DNA of 34,723 bases, taken from the NCBI GenBank assembly GCA_036380755.1, contig DASVEC010000532.1, positions 1 to 34,723 of the forward strand, in the 5' to 3' direction. Position 1 is the stretch's first letter. Every line of letters starts with the position of its first letter. Positions 16,538-25,618 of the stretch are shown here, piece after piece. Source of the stretch: Iamia sp. (GTDB taxonomy: Bacteria > Actinomycetota > Acidimicrobiia > Acidimicrobiales > Iamiaceae). Both the position numbers and the translations under genes were made by a program. Below the pieces are notes generated by a model. It was not told the origin of the DNA and searched no databases. It was given only the letters and a program-made list of their open reading frames with translations.

Positions 16538-18013
16538 CTACGAGGCGCCCTGGCGCAGGAGCACCACGGGCACGGTCTTGGCCAGGATGGCCAGGTCGAT
16601 CAGCAGCGACCAGTTGTCGACGTAGTAGAGGTCCAGCCGGGTGTAGTCCTCGAACGACGACTCGCTGCGCCCGTTGACCTGCCACATGCCGGTGATGCCG
16701 GGGGTGACCCGCAGACGCTGGGTCAGGAGCGGGTCCCAGGCCTCGGTCTCGTGGGGCAGCGCCGGGCGGGGGCCGACGAGGCTCATCTCGCCCCGGACGA
16801 CGTTCCACAGCTGCGGCAGCTCGTCGATGGAGCTCGAGCGGAGGACGCGGCCGACACGAGTGACCCGGGGGTCGTGGCGCATCTTGAACAGCGGGCCGTC
16901 GGCCTCGTTGTCGGCCAGCAGCTCGTCACGGCGGGCCTCGGCGTCCTCGACCATCGTGCGCAGCTTCAGCACCTGGAAGGGGCGCCCGTTGCGTCCCACC
17001 CGGACCTGCCGGAAGAGCATGGGGCCGGGGGAGTCGATGCGGATCGCCACCATGGCCACCAGGACGAGGGGGCTGGTGACGAGGATGGCGGCCAGGGCCA
17101 GGACCAGGTCGAACGAGCGCTTGGCCGTGCGCCGCCAGCCGTCGCGCTGGACCGGCTCGACGTAGACGACGGGGAAGCGGCCGAGCGGCCGGACCACGAG
17201 CCGCTGGGAGGCGATGTCGCGCAGGGTCGACGACAGCTCGACGTGGACGCCCCGGTCGAGGAGGTCGCGCGCCAGCCGGTTCGTCGTCGAGCTCTCGATG
17301 GCCGACGCGGCCACGATGACCGAGGCGCCCGGGCGGGACCGCAGGATCTCGCCGGCGTCGGCCACGGTGCCGAGGAGCGGCACGCCGGGCACCGGCTCGG
17401 GGTCGGTCGCGGGATCGTCGTCGACGAAGCCGAGGACCCGGTACCCCAGCCAGGTGTCGGTGCGGAGCATGGCCGCCAGCTCGCGGCCCTCGGGGTTGGC
17501 GCCGGCGATGACGACGTTGCGGACGAGCCTCCCGCGCTCGCGCAGGCTGGCGAAGATCCGGCGGGCGACCTCCCGTTCGATCGACACGAGCACCGTGACG
17601 ACGACGAAGAGGACGACGATGCGCGTCCGGGGGACGGCGATGCCGGCGAAGTAGCCGGCCAGGGCGACGCCCATGGTGCCGAGGAAGGTGGCGTTGACGA
17701 TCCGCCGGATCTCGTCGATGCGACGTCCGATGAAGCGGACGTTGTACAGACGCTGACCGGACATGATCGCCAGCCAGGCCGGCAGGGTCGCCAGCCCGAG
17801 GACGAGGTAGCGCCACCGGGTGGGTCCCTCCTCGACGGCCACCGGCTCGGAGACGACCGCGCTGAGCGCGAGCGAGAGACCCACGGTGGCCAGGTCGACC
17901 AGCCCCATCAGCTTCTTGGGATCGACCCGCGGCCGCGACGCGGCCTCGCCGGCCCTGGTGTGCGCCGGGTCGTTGACGTCGTCGACGTGGGTGGAGGCTT
18001 GGGCGAGGGTCAT
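16538..18013 (-). CDS. Polyprenyl-phosphate glycosylphosphotransferase (WcaJ/WbaP-type priming transferase)
   Basis: N-terminal TMs, Rossmann-like VVIAGA...LGFVDD domain, then KRSFDL, KLRTM, DPRVT, SIDELPQLWNV, GEMSLVGPRP, PGITGMWQV. Start position uncertain (18013 or 18025). Confidence 0.92.
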   Translation of the reverse strand: MTLAQASTHVDDVNDPAHTRAGEAASRPRVDPKKLMGLVDLATVGLSLALSAVVSEPVAVEEGPTRWRYLVLGLATLPAWLAIMSGQRLYNVRFIGRRIDEIRRIVNATFLGTMGVALAGYFAGIAVPRTRIVVLFVVVTVLVSIEREVARRIFASLRERGRLVRNVVIAGANPEGRELAAMLRTDTWLGYRVLGFVDDDPATDPEPVPGVPLLGTVADAGEILRSRPGASVIVAASAIESSTTNRLARDLLDRGVHVELSSTLRDIASQRLVVRPLGRFPVVYVEPVQRDGWRRTAKRSFDLVLALAAILVTSPLVLVAMVAIRIDSPGPMLFRQVRVGRNGRPFQVLKLRTMVEDAEARRDELLADNEADGPLFKMRHDPRVTRVGRVLRSSSIDELPQLWNVVRGEMSLVGPRPALPHETEAWDPLLTQRLRVTPGITGMWQVNGRSESSFEDYTRLDLYYVDNWSLLIDLAILAKTVPVVLLRQGAS

Positions 18014-18121
18014 GGTGTCGGCCACAGAGAGTAGTGCCTCTGGGGACGGAGAGCACGCAGCGGAGGGTGTGCCTTGTCCTGTCGGCGGCGGCGCACCCAC
18101 TGTGAGCGCTGGACCCCCCGT

Positions 18122-19669
18122 CTAGGCGTGGTTGACCCCGTACTTGGCCGCGCTGGCCGAGCGCCGGCTGCTGTCGGCGTCGTTGTTGAGCACGGCGCCG
18201 AGGACCGAGGCGCCGGCCAGGGTCAGCTCGGTCGTGGCCTCGGCCACCTCGGCGGTGCTGGCCTGCGAGAGCGAGACGACCAGCAGGGTCGTGTCGAGAC
18301 GGGGGGCGAGCACCAGGGCATCGGCCACCGCCAGCACCGGCGGGGTGTCGAAGAGGACCAGGTCGAACCCGTGGGCCAGGGCCTCGACGGCGTCGGCCAT
18401 CTTCTCCGATCCGAGGAGGTCGGTCGGGTTGTCGACCGGCGAGCCCCCGGTGATCACCTTGAGGTTGCCGACGCTGCGCTCGACCTCGTCGAGGGTGGCC
18501 TGGGCGAGCAGCAGGTCGCTGAGACCCGGAGCCCGGGGCAGCTCGAAGAGCTCGTCGATGCCCTTGCGCCGGAGGTCGGCCGAGACCAGCAGCACCCGGT
18601 GACCCCCCTGGGCCATGGCGACGGCGAGGTTGGCCGCCATGGTCGACTTGCCCTCGTCGGCCACCGAGCTGGTGATGGCCAGGGTGCGGGCCCCGCTCTC
18701 GCGCACGGCCAGCAGCACGGAGGTGCGCAGACGCCGGAAGGCATCGGCCTCCGACCCGCCGGGGGCGTGGACGGTGACCAGCGCGGTGCTCGGGTGGCGG
18801 TTGCGCTCGGGGAACACCGGGACGCTGCCGAGGGAGCGCACGCCGAGCGAGGCCTGGAGGTCGGCGGCCCCGCGGACGCGAGTGTCGAGGCGGTCCATGA
18901 CGAAGGCGGCGGCCAGGCCCAGCAGGAGACCGGCGGCCAGGGCGGCGGCCACGGTGCGGCCCAGACCCTTGGCCTTGGGCTGGCGGGGCAGACGGGCCGG
19001 CGTGATGATCGTCCCGCCGTCGACGGGCTGGGCCTCGACGTCGGCCAGCGCCGCCTCGAGGTCGGACTTCTGCTGCCTCAGGTCGTCGCGGTTGCGCTCG
19101 GCGCTGTCGAACTCGGTCGAGCCGTCCTCGGCCTGGGCGAGGACCTCGTCCTGCTGGGCGATGCCCTCCTCCAGCGTGGCGATGCGCTCCTCGTAGCGCG
19201 CCACCTGCTGGTCGATGAGCGACTGCTGCTCGGTCTCCTTCACCGTGATGTAGCCGTCGGCGAAGGCCCGGGCACCGGCCTGGGCCGCCTCGGCGGTGGA
19301 GGCGGTGTAGACGATCACCAGGACGCGGGCGTCGGGCGGCGCCTCCACGGACAGGTGGTCGAGCAGGGTGCGGGGGTCGTCGACGCCGCCGATCGCCTGG
19401 GCCGCCTGCTCGGCCACCAGGTCGGAGCCCATGAAGGCCAGCTCGGTCTGGACGTCGGCGGTCCTCTGGGTCGGGGTCTGCTCGGCGACGGGCGCGGGCA
19501 GGGCGATCTCCGACGTCGAGCGGTAGATGTCGGGCCGGGTGAGGCCGTAGCCGACGCCGAGGGCGAGGCAGATCAGGACGGCGACGCCCACGACGACGTA
19601 CCGGCGGCGGATGATGCCGAGGTAGTCGCCGAGCTCGACGGCGGTGGGGTCGGTGGGCTGGGGGCTCAT
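18122..19669 (-). CDS. Wzc-like polysaccharide co-polymerase / BY-kinase domain fusion
   Basis: Wzz-like N-terminus (VELGDYLGIIRRR + TM), coiled coil, second TM, EADAFRRLRT, Walker A SSVADEGKST, VSADLRR, Walker B VLFDTPP. Confidence 0.9.
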   Translation of the reverse strand: MSPQPTDPTAVELGDYLGIIRRRYVVVGVAVLICLALGVGYGLTRPDIYRSTSEIALPAPVAEQTPTQRTADVQTELAFMGSDLVAEQAAQAIGGVDDPRTLLDHLSVEAPPDARVLVIVYTASTAEAAQAGARAFADGYITVKETEQQSLIDQQVARYEERIATLEEGIAQQDEVLAQAEDGSTEFDSAERNRDDLRQQKSDLEAALADVEAQPVDGGTIITPARLPRQPKAKGLGRTVAAALAAGLLLGLAAAFVMDRLDTRVRGAADLQASLGVRSLGSVPVFPERNRHPSTALVTVHAPGGSEADAFRRLRTSVLLAVRESGARTLAITSSVADEGKSTMAANLAVAMAQGGHRVLLVSADLRRKGIDELFELPRAPGLSDLLLAQATLDEVERSVGNLKVITGGSPVDNPTDLLGSEKMADAVEALAHGFDLVLFDTPPVLAVADALVLAPRLDTTLLVVSLSQASTAEVAEATTELTLAGASVLGAVLNNDADSSRRSASAAKYGVNHA

Positions 19670-21240
19670 GCCGCGGTCCTCCGGAGGACGTGGTCGATGC
19701 CGAGGCGATCGGGGCTGGTGAGGATGCCGGCGAGGAGCACGGCGCCGCCGAGCGCCAGGCCGAGGGCCAGACCGCCGACGGAGGCGCCGAGGAGGGCGCG
19801 GGCGCCGACCAGGGCGACGGCCACGCCGGCGGCGAGGGCCATGGTGCGGACGGTGCGGGCGCCGAAGGGGTGGACGCCGAGACCCCGCCACATCTGGACC
19901 AGCGGCAGGCCGTTGGCGACGATCAGGCTGAAGGTCCACGCCAGGGCGGCGCCCCGGATGCCGTACGGGGGGATGAGGAGGAGGTTGGCGCCGATGTTGG
20001 CCACGAGGGCCACGGCGGTGTTGATCAGGCTCTGACGGCTGCGCCCGGCCATCAGGAGCAGCATGTCGATCGGTCCGGCCGCGCTGGCCAGCAGGAAGCC
20101 GACGCCGGTGATGGCGATGACGGCGGCGCCGTCGTCGAAGCCCTCGCCGAAGGCGGTGAGCAGGAAGGGGGCGAACACCATGGCGGTGGCGTAGGCCGGC
20201 CACGCCAGCAGGAGGAGGAGGGCCGACGCCTCCTGGAACAGGGGCTTGGCCCCGCCGGCCCCCTCGCGGGCCATGACCCGGGCGATCTGGGGGGCGAAGG
20301 CCAAGGTGACAGCGTTGCCGGCCACGTTGCCCACGATCAGCCAGCGGATGGCGGCGCTGTAGACGCCGACCGCATCGGTGCCCTCCATGGCGCCGAGCAG
20401 GAGGCTGTCGACCCACGTGATGGTCAGGGCGAAGACGCCGGCGAAGGAGCGCGGGAGGGCGAAGGACCAGAACCGCCGGGCCAGGTCGCGCCGCTCCAGC
20501 CGCTCGGGCACGTCGACCTCCTCGCCCGTCTCGAGGCGGGCGGTGAGCGCTCGCTCGGCCCGGCGCAGCAGCGTCGCCGTCCACAGGGCCGTCGCCACGA
20601 GGGCCACGGCGAAGGGGGCGGCCCAGGCCGCGCCGACGAGCGTCGCCCCGCCGGCGGCCGAGGCCAGCAGCACGAGCAGGGGCAGGGTCGAGGACCGGCC
20701 GATGCGGTCGACGACGACGCTCGGGACCATCGTGCCGAAGCCGCGGGTCGCCCCGTCGACCGCCTGGTACACGGCGGCCACGGGGATGAAGGGGGCCAGC
20801 ACCCGCAGGTACTCGGTGAGCGTGTCGTGGCCGTGGCCGGCGGTGAGCAGCCCGCCCAGCGGGTCGGCGAGGAGGAAGACGGCCAGGCCGGCGAGGGACG
20901 AGACGACGGCCACCGGCACGAGCGCCACCCGGTAGAGCGCGCCCACCTCCCGGGTGCGGTTGCGGGCGAGGAAGCGGCTGGTGAAGCGGACCAGGCCCAC
21001 GTCGGTGCCGGCCATGGCCGAGCGGGAGATGATGCTGAACACGGCGATGGCCTCGAAGAGGGCACCGGCCCCGTCCTTGCCCAGCTTGCGGGTCACCACC
21101 ACGATCAGCAGGAAGCCGGTGACGCCGAAGACCAGCGAGCCCCCCAGGTTGATCGCGCTGCCGCGCGCCATCGAGCCCGATCCGTCGTCGGGCGTCGTCG
21201 CGTCGGAGGGCGCGACATCGGTCACGGTCGCACTGCTCAC
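19666..21240 (-). CDS. Wzx-type (MOP superfamily) polysaccharide flippase
   Basis: About 12-14 hydrophobic segments; ARGSAINL start; VDSLLLG...VGVYSAA and LLIPPYGIRGAALA motifs; GTGA/ATGA coupling on both sides. Confidence 0.88.
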   Translation of the reverse strand: MSSATVTDVAPSDATTPDDGSGSMARGSAINLGGSLVFGVTGFLLIVVVTRKLGKDGAGALFEAIAVFSIISRSAMAGTDVGLVRFTSRFLARNRTREVGALYRVALVPVAVVSSLAGLAVFLLADPLGGLLTAGHGHDTLTEYLRVLAPFIPVAAVYQAVDGATRGFGTMVPSVVVDRIGRSSTLPLLVLLASAAGGATLVGAAWAAPFAVALVATALWTATLLRRAERALTARLETGEEVDVPERLERRDLARRFWSFALPRSFAGVFALTITWVDSLLLGAMEGTDAVGVYSAAIRWLIVGNVAGNAVTLAFAPQIARVMAREGAGGAKPLFQEASALLLLLAWPAYATAMVFAPFLLTAFGEGFDDGAAVIAITGVGFLLASAAGPIDMLLLMAGRSRQSLINTAVALVANIGANLLLIPPYGIRGAALAWTFSLIVANGLPLVQMWRGLGVHPFGARTVRTMALAAGVAVALVGARALLGASVGGLALGLALGGAVLLAGILTSPDRLGIDHVLRRTAA

Positions 21241-22139
21241 CGCACCTCCGAGGGCACGAGCCACGGAGGCGGGGTGGGCAGGTTCGCCGCCAGCCAGGCG
21301 TCGGACGCGGCCGTGGCCTCGCGGATGCGGGCCGCGTGCTCGTCGGGGATCGACCCCTGGCTGCGGGGGTTGTGGCGGCCCGGCTCGACCTGGCGCCGGC
21401 TGACCCCGATGAAGTCGTGGAGAGCGTCCAGCGTGGGGCCGGGATCGCGCTCGAGCTCCTCGGTGTAGAGGACGAGGACGCGGTCGCGGCCGACCGCGTC
21501 CCACAGCCGGCGGATCTGCTCGTCGTAGCGGCCCCGGGCCACGTACGACTGGTGCTGGTGGGCGAGGTGGTGGCCGGGCCGGCCGGCCAGGATCTCCTCG
21601 GCCCCGGCGAGGCGGTGCTCCTCGGCCTCGAGGGCGGCCCCGAAGTCGGCCAGCGGCTCGTAGCCCCGGGCCCGCTCGTGGTGGAACTGCGACCAGGCCC
21701 GGGTCACCGGGTCGCGCAGGATCATCACCAGCTTCACGTCGGGCAGCTGGTCGGCGATGCGGCCGGGGGCGTAGGGGTGGAAGCCGTAGTACGGAGCCGC
21801 CTCGCCGACGACCACCCGCTCGCCGAGCTGGCGGGCGGCCCGCTCGACGGCGCTCTGGAGGGGGAAGCCGGACCGGTACCAGCTCGGGCCGCGGTGGTAC
21901 TCGACGTCGAACCAGTGGACGCCCTTGGTGAGCCGGGGGAAGCGGACGGCGGGGTGGTCGGCCAGCAGGCGGTAGAGCGTGGTGGTGCCCGACCGCTGGG
22001 CGCCGACGATCAGGAAGTCGGGCGTGGTGCGCCAGGGCGCCGTGGGCCGGGCCAGCTGCTGGGTGGCGTGCAGGTAGGCCAGGAACAGCCGGTACCGGCT
22101 CATGTCGGACAGGGGGAGCTTCTTGGCGAGGGAGCTCAT
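21237..22139 (-). CDS. PAPS-dependent sulfotransferase family protein
   Basis: PDFLIVGAQRSGTTTLY, KGVHWFD, GEAAPYY, LRDPVTRAWSQF, RGRYDEQI. Confidence 0.92.
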   Translation of the reverse strand: MSSLAKKLPLSDMSRYRLFLAYLHATQQLARPTAPWRTTPDFLIVGAQRSGTTTLYRLLADHPAVRFPRLTKGVHWFDVEYHRGPSWYRSGFPLQSAVERAARQLGERVVVGEAAPYYGFHPYAPGRIADQLPDVKLVMILRDPVTRAWSQFHHERARGYEPLADFGAALEAEEHRLAGAEEILAGRPGHHLAHQHQSYVARGRYDEQIRRLWDAVGRDRVLVLYTEELERDPGPTLDALHDFIGVSRRQVEPGRHNPRSQGSIPDEHAARIREATAASDAWLAANLPTPPPWLVPSEVR

Positions 22140-23305
22140 GACACGGCCTCCCGGCCGAGGGTGGGGTCGGAGTCGATGCCGGCGGCGATGGGGGCGCACG
22201 GGCCGAGGGGGCCGTGCAGGGCGTCGGAGGCGTAGCGCGAGCGGAGGGTGACGGCGTAGGCCCGGGCGAGCAGGGGGGCGTCGTCGGGGGCGTAGCCGAG
22301 GGCGACGAGCGTGTCGGTCTCGGCCGCGGCGGCGGCCCGGAGGGCGTCCGGCACCGGCACGCCGTCGCGCACGACCGCGACCTGCACCCGGTTGTGGAAC
22401 AGGTCGAGCCCCAGGGGCACGGGGGTGTGCGAGCGCTCCCAGTCCCACGCCAGCAGGCGGTCGTCCTGCCAGGTGGCGTTCCAGGGGGCCAGGTCGCCGT
22501 GCCAGCGGCCGAAGGCCCAGCGGCGTCCGGCCACGTCGGGTGCCAGCGCCTCCAGCAGCGTGGCCACGGCACCGTCGCCGTCGGGGGCGGTCTCGAGGGC
22601 TCGCCACCAGGGGCTGCCCACGACGTCCTCGGTGTGCGTCGCCCCGGCGATGGCCCGGATGGCCGCCGGCGGCAGGTCGAGGACGTCGGCGCTCTCCTGC
22701 ATCTCGATGTGGCCGAGGGCGAGCAGCGGGTGGCCCTGCCACGTGCCCGACGCCAGCAGCGGCGGGGTGACGACGGACGGGTCGCGGCCGGCGACGGCCT
22801 GGATGGCCTCGATCTCGTGGGCGACGAGCTCGTCGGTGTGGACGTCGACGCCGATCTTGATCCAGGCCACGGTGGCGCCGTCGGCCCCGATGGCCTGGAC
22901 CACCGGCTTGCGGTTGGGGCGGGGCGCGCCGAGGGCGATCGCCACGTCGATGTCGTCGCGGCCGAGGAGCTCGGCCAGGTGGCGGCGGAGGCCGGGCGTC
23001 CCGGCGGCGCCGTCGTCGACCATCAGCCGGTCGGGGAGCAGCCGGCCGATGCCGGACCGGAGGGCGGCCCGCAGGGCCAGGCGGGTGGCGGCCTGGCCGG
23101 CACCCGCGCCCGGGCGGATGTGGGCGCCGCGGGCGTGGCGACCGTCGACCGGCACGAGGTAGCGGGGCCGCGACCGCCGGGGCAGCACGGCGTAGGCCCG
23201 CGCCCGGGAGCCGGCGGCGGTCCCGCCCTCGGTCGGGGCGGGGCCCAGGAGGGCGGCCACCGCGGCGAGGGCGGTGGCGTCCGAGCGGAGCAGGGCGGCG
23301 CTCAT
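22136..23305 (-). CDS. APH/protein-kinase-like phosphotransferase
   Basis: WIKIG (ATP-binding Lys), downstream HE, catalytic loop WHGDLAPWN, metal-binding AWDWE; coupled within the operon. Confidence 0.75.
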   Translation of the reverse strand: MSAALLRSDATALAAVAALLGPAPTEGGTAAGSRARAYAVLPRRSRPRYLVPVDGRHARGAHIRPGAGAGQAATRLALRAALRSGIGRLLPDRLMVDDGAAGTPGLRRHLAELLGRDDIDVAIALGAPRPNRKPVVQAIGADGATVAWIKIGVDVHTDELVAHEIEAIQAVAGRDPSVVTPPLLASGTWQGHPLLALGHIEMQESADVLDLPPAAIRAIAGATHTEDVVGSPWWRALETAPDGDGAVATLLEALAPDVAGRRWAFGRWHGDLAPWNATWQDDRLLAWDWERSHTPVPLGLDLFHNRVQVAVVRDGVPVPDALRAAAAAETDTLVALGYAPDDAPLLARAYAVTLRSRYASDALHGPLGPCAPIAAGIDSDPTLGREAVS

Positions 23306-24639
23306 GCCGCCGCCCCGAGAAGGGGTTCGACCCTCTGCTGGCGCGCGGCGCGGAAGCCCAGCGCGGCGGCGATGAACACGAGGTGCAGGGCCGAGGGGAT
23401 CAGGTCGTAGACGAAGATCTGCACCAGCCCGATGATGAGGACGACGTGGCACCAGAACGTGACCGGTGGGCCGGCGCGCGTCTCCCAGATCCAGCGCAGC
23501 CAGGCGGCGAGGAAGACGAGGAGGCCGACGTAGCCGGTGCTCACCAGGACCGTCCAGAACAGGCCCTGGGTGCCGACCATCGGGATGATCTTGTTGCCCT
23601 CGTAGGGCCGGGGACCGCCGAGCCCGATGATCGGGCTGTCGGCGGTGATGCGGAAGGCCTCGCCGTAGAGGAGGCTCCGCCCGGCCGAGCTGTGGTCGTT
23701 CTCGGCCCGGCTCTCGACCAGCGTGCCCACGGGCGTGAAGACGATGAGCAGCATCCCCACCGTCACCAGGGCGAGGAGGGCGCGCCGGGCCATGCGGGCC
23801 AGCTCGCCCGAGCGGCTGGCGGCGTAGATCAGGGCCACGCCCAGGCTGAGCCAGAGGCCCCGGTTGAGCGAGACGAAGACGGGGATGAGCGAGGCCAGCA
23901 GCAGCAGGTAGGCCCACGAGCGGCGGCGCAGGTCGGGGGCCTGGAGCCACGACAGGAAGAAGAACGGCAGCAGCAGGGCGTACACCGAGCCCCAGTCGTT
24001 CGTGTAGATGAACGGCGCCTTGGGCCGGCCCAGCGGGTAGCCGAGGATCTCGTGGACCTGGGCGAACTCGGGCCGCACCAGCTCCTGGACGAACTCGTTG
24101 CTGGCCATGCCGGTCGGCAGCAGCCTCTCGGTGAGGCTGGGGATCCCCCCGTAGGGCATCAGCACGCCCAGCCAGCCGCCGGCGACGGTGATGATCCAGA
24201 AGAACGCCAGCAGCCGGACGATCCGGTCGGTGCCGATCTCGTCCTCGTCGGCCTCGCAGATGGCGAGGAAGAAGATCGTGCAGGACACGTAGTTGGCCAG
24301 CCGCCACAGCCAGGCGAAGGGCACGGTCGCGCTGCCCTCCAGGGCGGTGTACGACAGCAGCACGAAGCCGAGGTAGAGCAGCCAGGCGCCGAAGCCGACG
24401 GGCACGGTGATGCGGCGGCGGCGGGTGATCATCCGGACGGCGAGGGGGATGGCGAACAGCGGCCAGATCAGCGCGCCCAGCCCCAGGGCCCACCAGATCG
24501 GGAAGCCGCCGATGCACAGGGTGAGGGGCCAGTGCGCCGGCAGCCGGTGCAGGCGGGCGCGGGCGCCACGGCCCAGCACGCTCGAGCCCAGGGCGCGCCA
24601 CGGGGGGCGCGGCCGGACGGGAGCGTGGGTGAGGGCCAT
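23302..24639 (-). CDS. O-antigen ligase/Wzy_C family membrane protein (probable polymerase)
   Basis: Multi-TM; RPKAPFIYTN, SLNRGLW and AGR...SPIIGLG...TGYVGL pattern of the Wzy_C domain. Confidence 0.82.
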   Translation of the reverse strand: MALTHAPVRPRPPWRALGSSVLGRGARARLHRLPAHWPLTLCIGGFPIWWALGLGALIWPLFAIPLAVRMITRRRRITVPVGFGAWLLYLGFVLLSYTALEGSATVPFAWLWRLANYVSCTIFFLAICEADEDEIGTDRIVRLLAFFWIITVAGGWLGVLMPYGGIPSLTERLLPTGMASNEFVQELVRPEFAQVHEILGYPLGRPKAPFIYTNDWGSVYALLLPFFFLSWLQAPDLRRRSWAYLLLLASLIPVFVSLNRGLWLSLGVALIYAASRSGELARMARRALLALVTVGMLLIVFTPVGTLVESRAENDHSSAGRSLLYGEAFRITADSPIIGLGGPRPYEGNKIIPMVGTQGLFWTVLVSTGYVGLLVFLAAWLRWIWETRAGPPVTFWCHVVLIIGLVQIFVYDLIPSALHLVFIAAALGFRAARQQRVEPLLGAAA

Positions 24640-25577
24640 CAGATCCCCCGGCCCCCGGCCTGGAGGGCGCGCAGGACCCACTCCGAGCGGACCACGCCGG
24701 AGGCGACCAGCAGGGCGAGGTAGGCGCGCGGCTCACGCTTGTTGTGGCCCAGCGCCCGCTTGGCGGTGGTCCACGCGCCCTTGCGATCGCCCATGGAGGC
24801 GTGGGCGAAGGCCTGCTGGCCCTCGATGCGGGCCAGGCCGGTGGGCTCGGTGGCCAGCTCGGGGTGGGACGCGACGATGTGGTCGAGGGCATCGATGATG
24901 GTGCGCCACCGCTCGGCGAAGAACGAGGAGCGGTGCCAGAACACCTTGGCCAGCGGCAGGGTCACGGCACCGATGTCGGCCCGGCGGGCGGCCCGCAGCA
25001 GCAGGTCGTAGTCCTCGGCGTAGCTGCCCGGGAGCACCTCGTCGACCAGGCCGATCCCGTCGACGAGCGCGGCCCGGCGGAACAGGTAGGTCGAGGGGTG
25101 GGCCTCGGACACGCGTGAGCGGAGCAGCTCGGCGTGGGTGATGCGGTCGCGGTCGAGCACGCGGGTCGAGACCTTCCCCCGGGCCTCGACGAGGACGCCG
25201 GTGGTGACGACCTCCATGTCGGGCTCCTCGGCCAGCCGGGCGACCTGGGCGTCGAGCTTGCCCGGCAGCCACAGGTCGTCGTCGTCGCAGAAGGCGACCA
25301 GGTCGGTGGTGGCGGCGGTGATGCCGGTGTTGCGGGCGCCGGCCAGGCCCGGGACCCGGTCGTTGCGGAGGGTCCGCACCCGGCGCCGTCCGCCGCTCGG
25401 GCCGGTGCCGTCACGCTCCAGGTCGGGCTCGGGATCGGACTGGTCGAACACGGCCAGGACCTCGACGTCGCCCGGGTAGCGCTGGTCGATCACGGCCTCG
25501 ACGGCCCGCCGCAGCAGCACCGGACGGTCGCGCGTGGCGATGACCACGGCCACCGTGGGGTGGGGCGGTGTGGTCAT
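24639..25577 (-). CDS. GT2-family glycosyltransferase
   Basis: VAVVIATRDR, GLAGARNTG, AFCDDDD (DXD), AEDYDL; alternative start GTG 25604. Confidence 0.92.
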   Translation of the reverse strand: MTTPPHPTVAVVIATRDRPVLLRRAVEAVIDQRYPGDVEVLAVFDQSDPEPDLERDGTGPSGGRRRVRTLRNDRVPGLAGARNTGITAATTDLVAFCDDDDLWLPGKLDAQVARLAEEPDMEVVTTGVLVEARGKVSTRVLDRDRITHAELLRSRVSEAHPSTYLFRRAALVDGIGLVDEVLPGSYAEDYDLLLRAARRADIGAVTLPLAKVFWHRSSFFAERWRTIIDALDHIVASHPELATEPTGLARIEGQQAFAHASMGDRKGAWTTAKRALGHNKREPRAYLALLVASGVVRSEWVLRALQAGGRGI

Positions 25578-25618
25578 GTCTGGGTCGGTCCGCGGCTCAT
25601 CCACGTCACCCTCATCGG

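Noticed and set aside
22136-23305. Kinase plus methyltransferases as a split WbdD-type chain terminator
   Set aside because: No Wzm/Wzt transporter or coiled-coil ruler; the kinase is in the Wzx/Wzy block, far from the methyltransferases.
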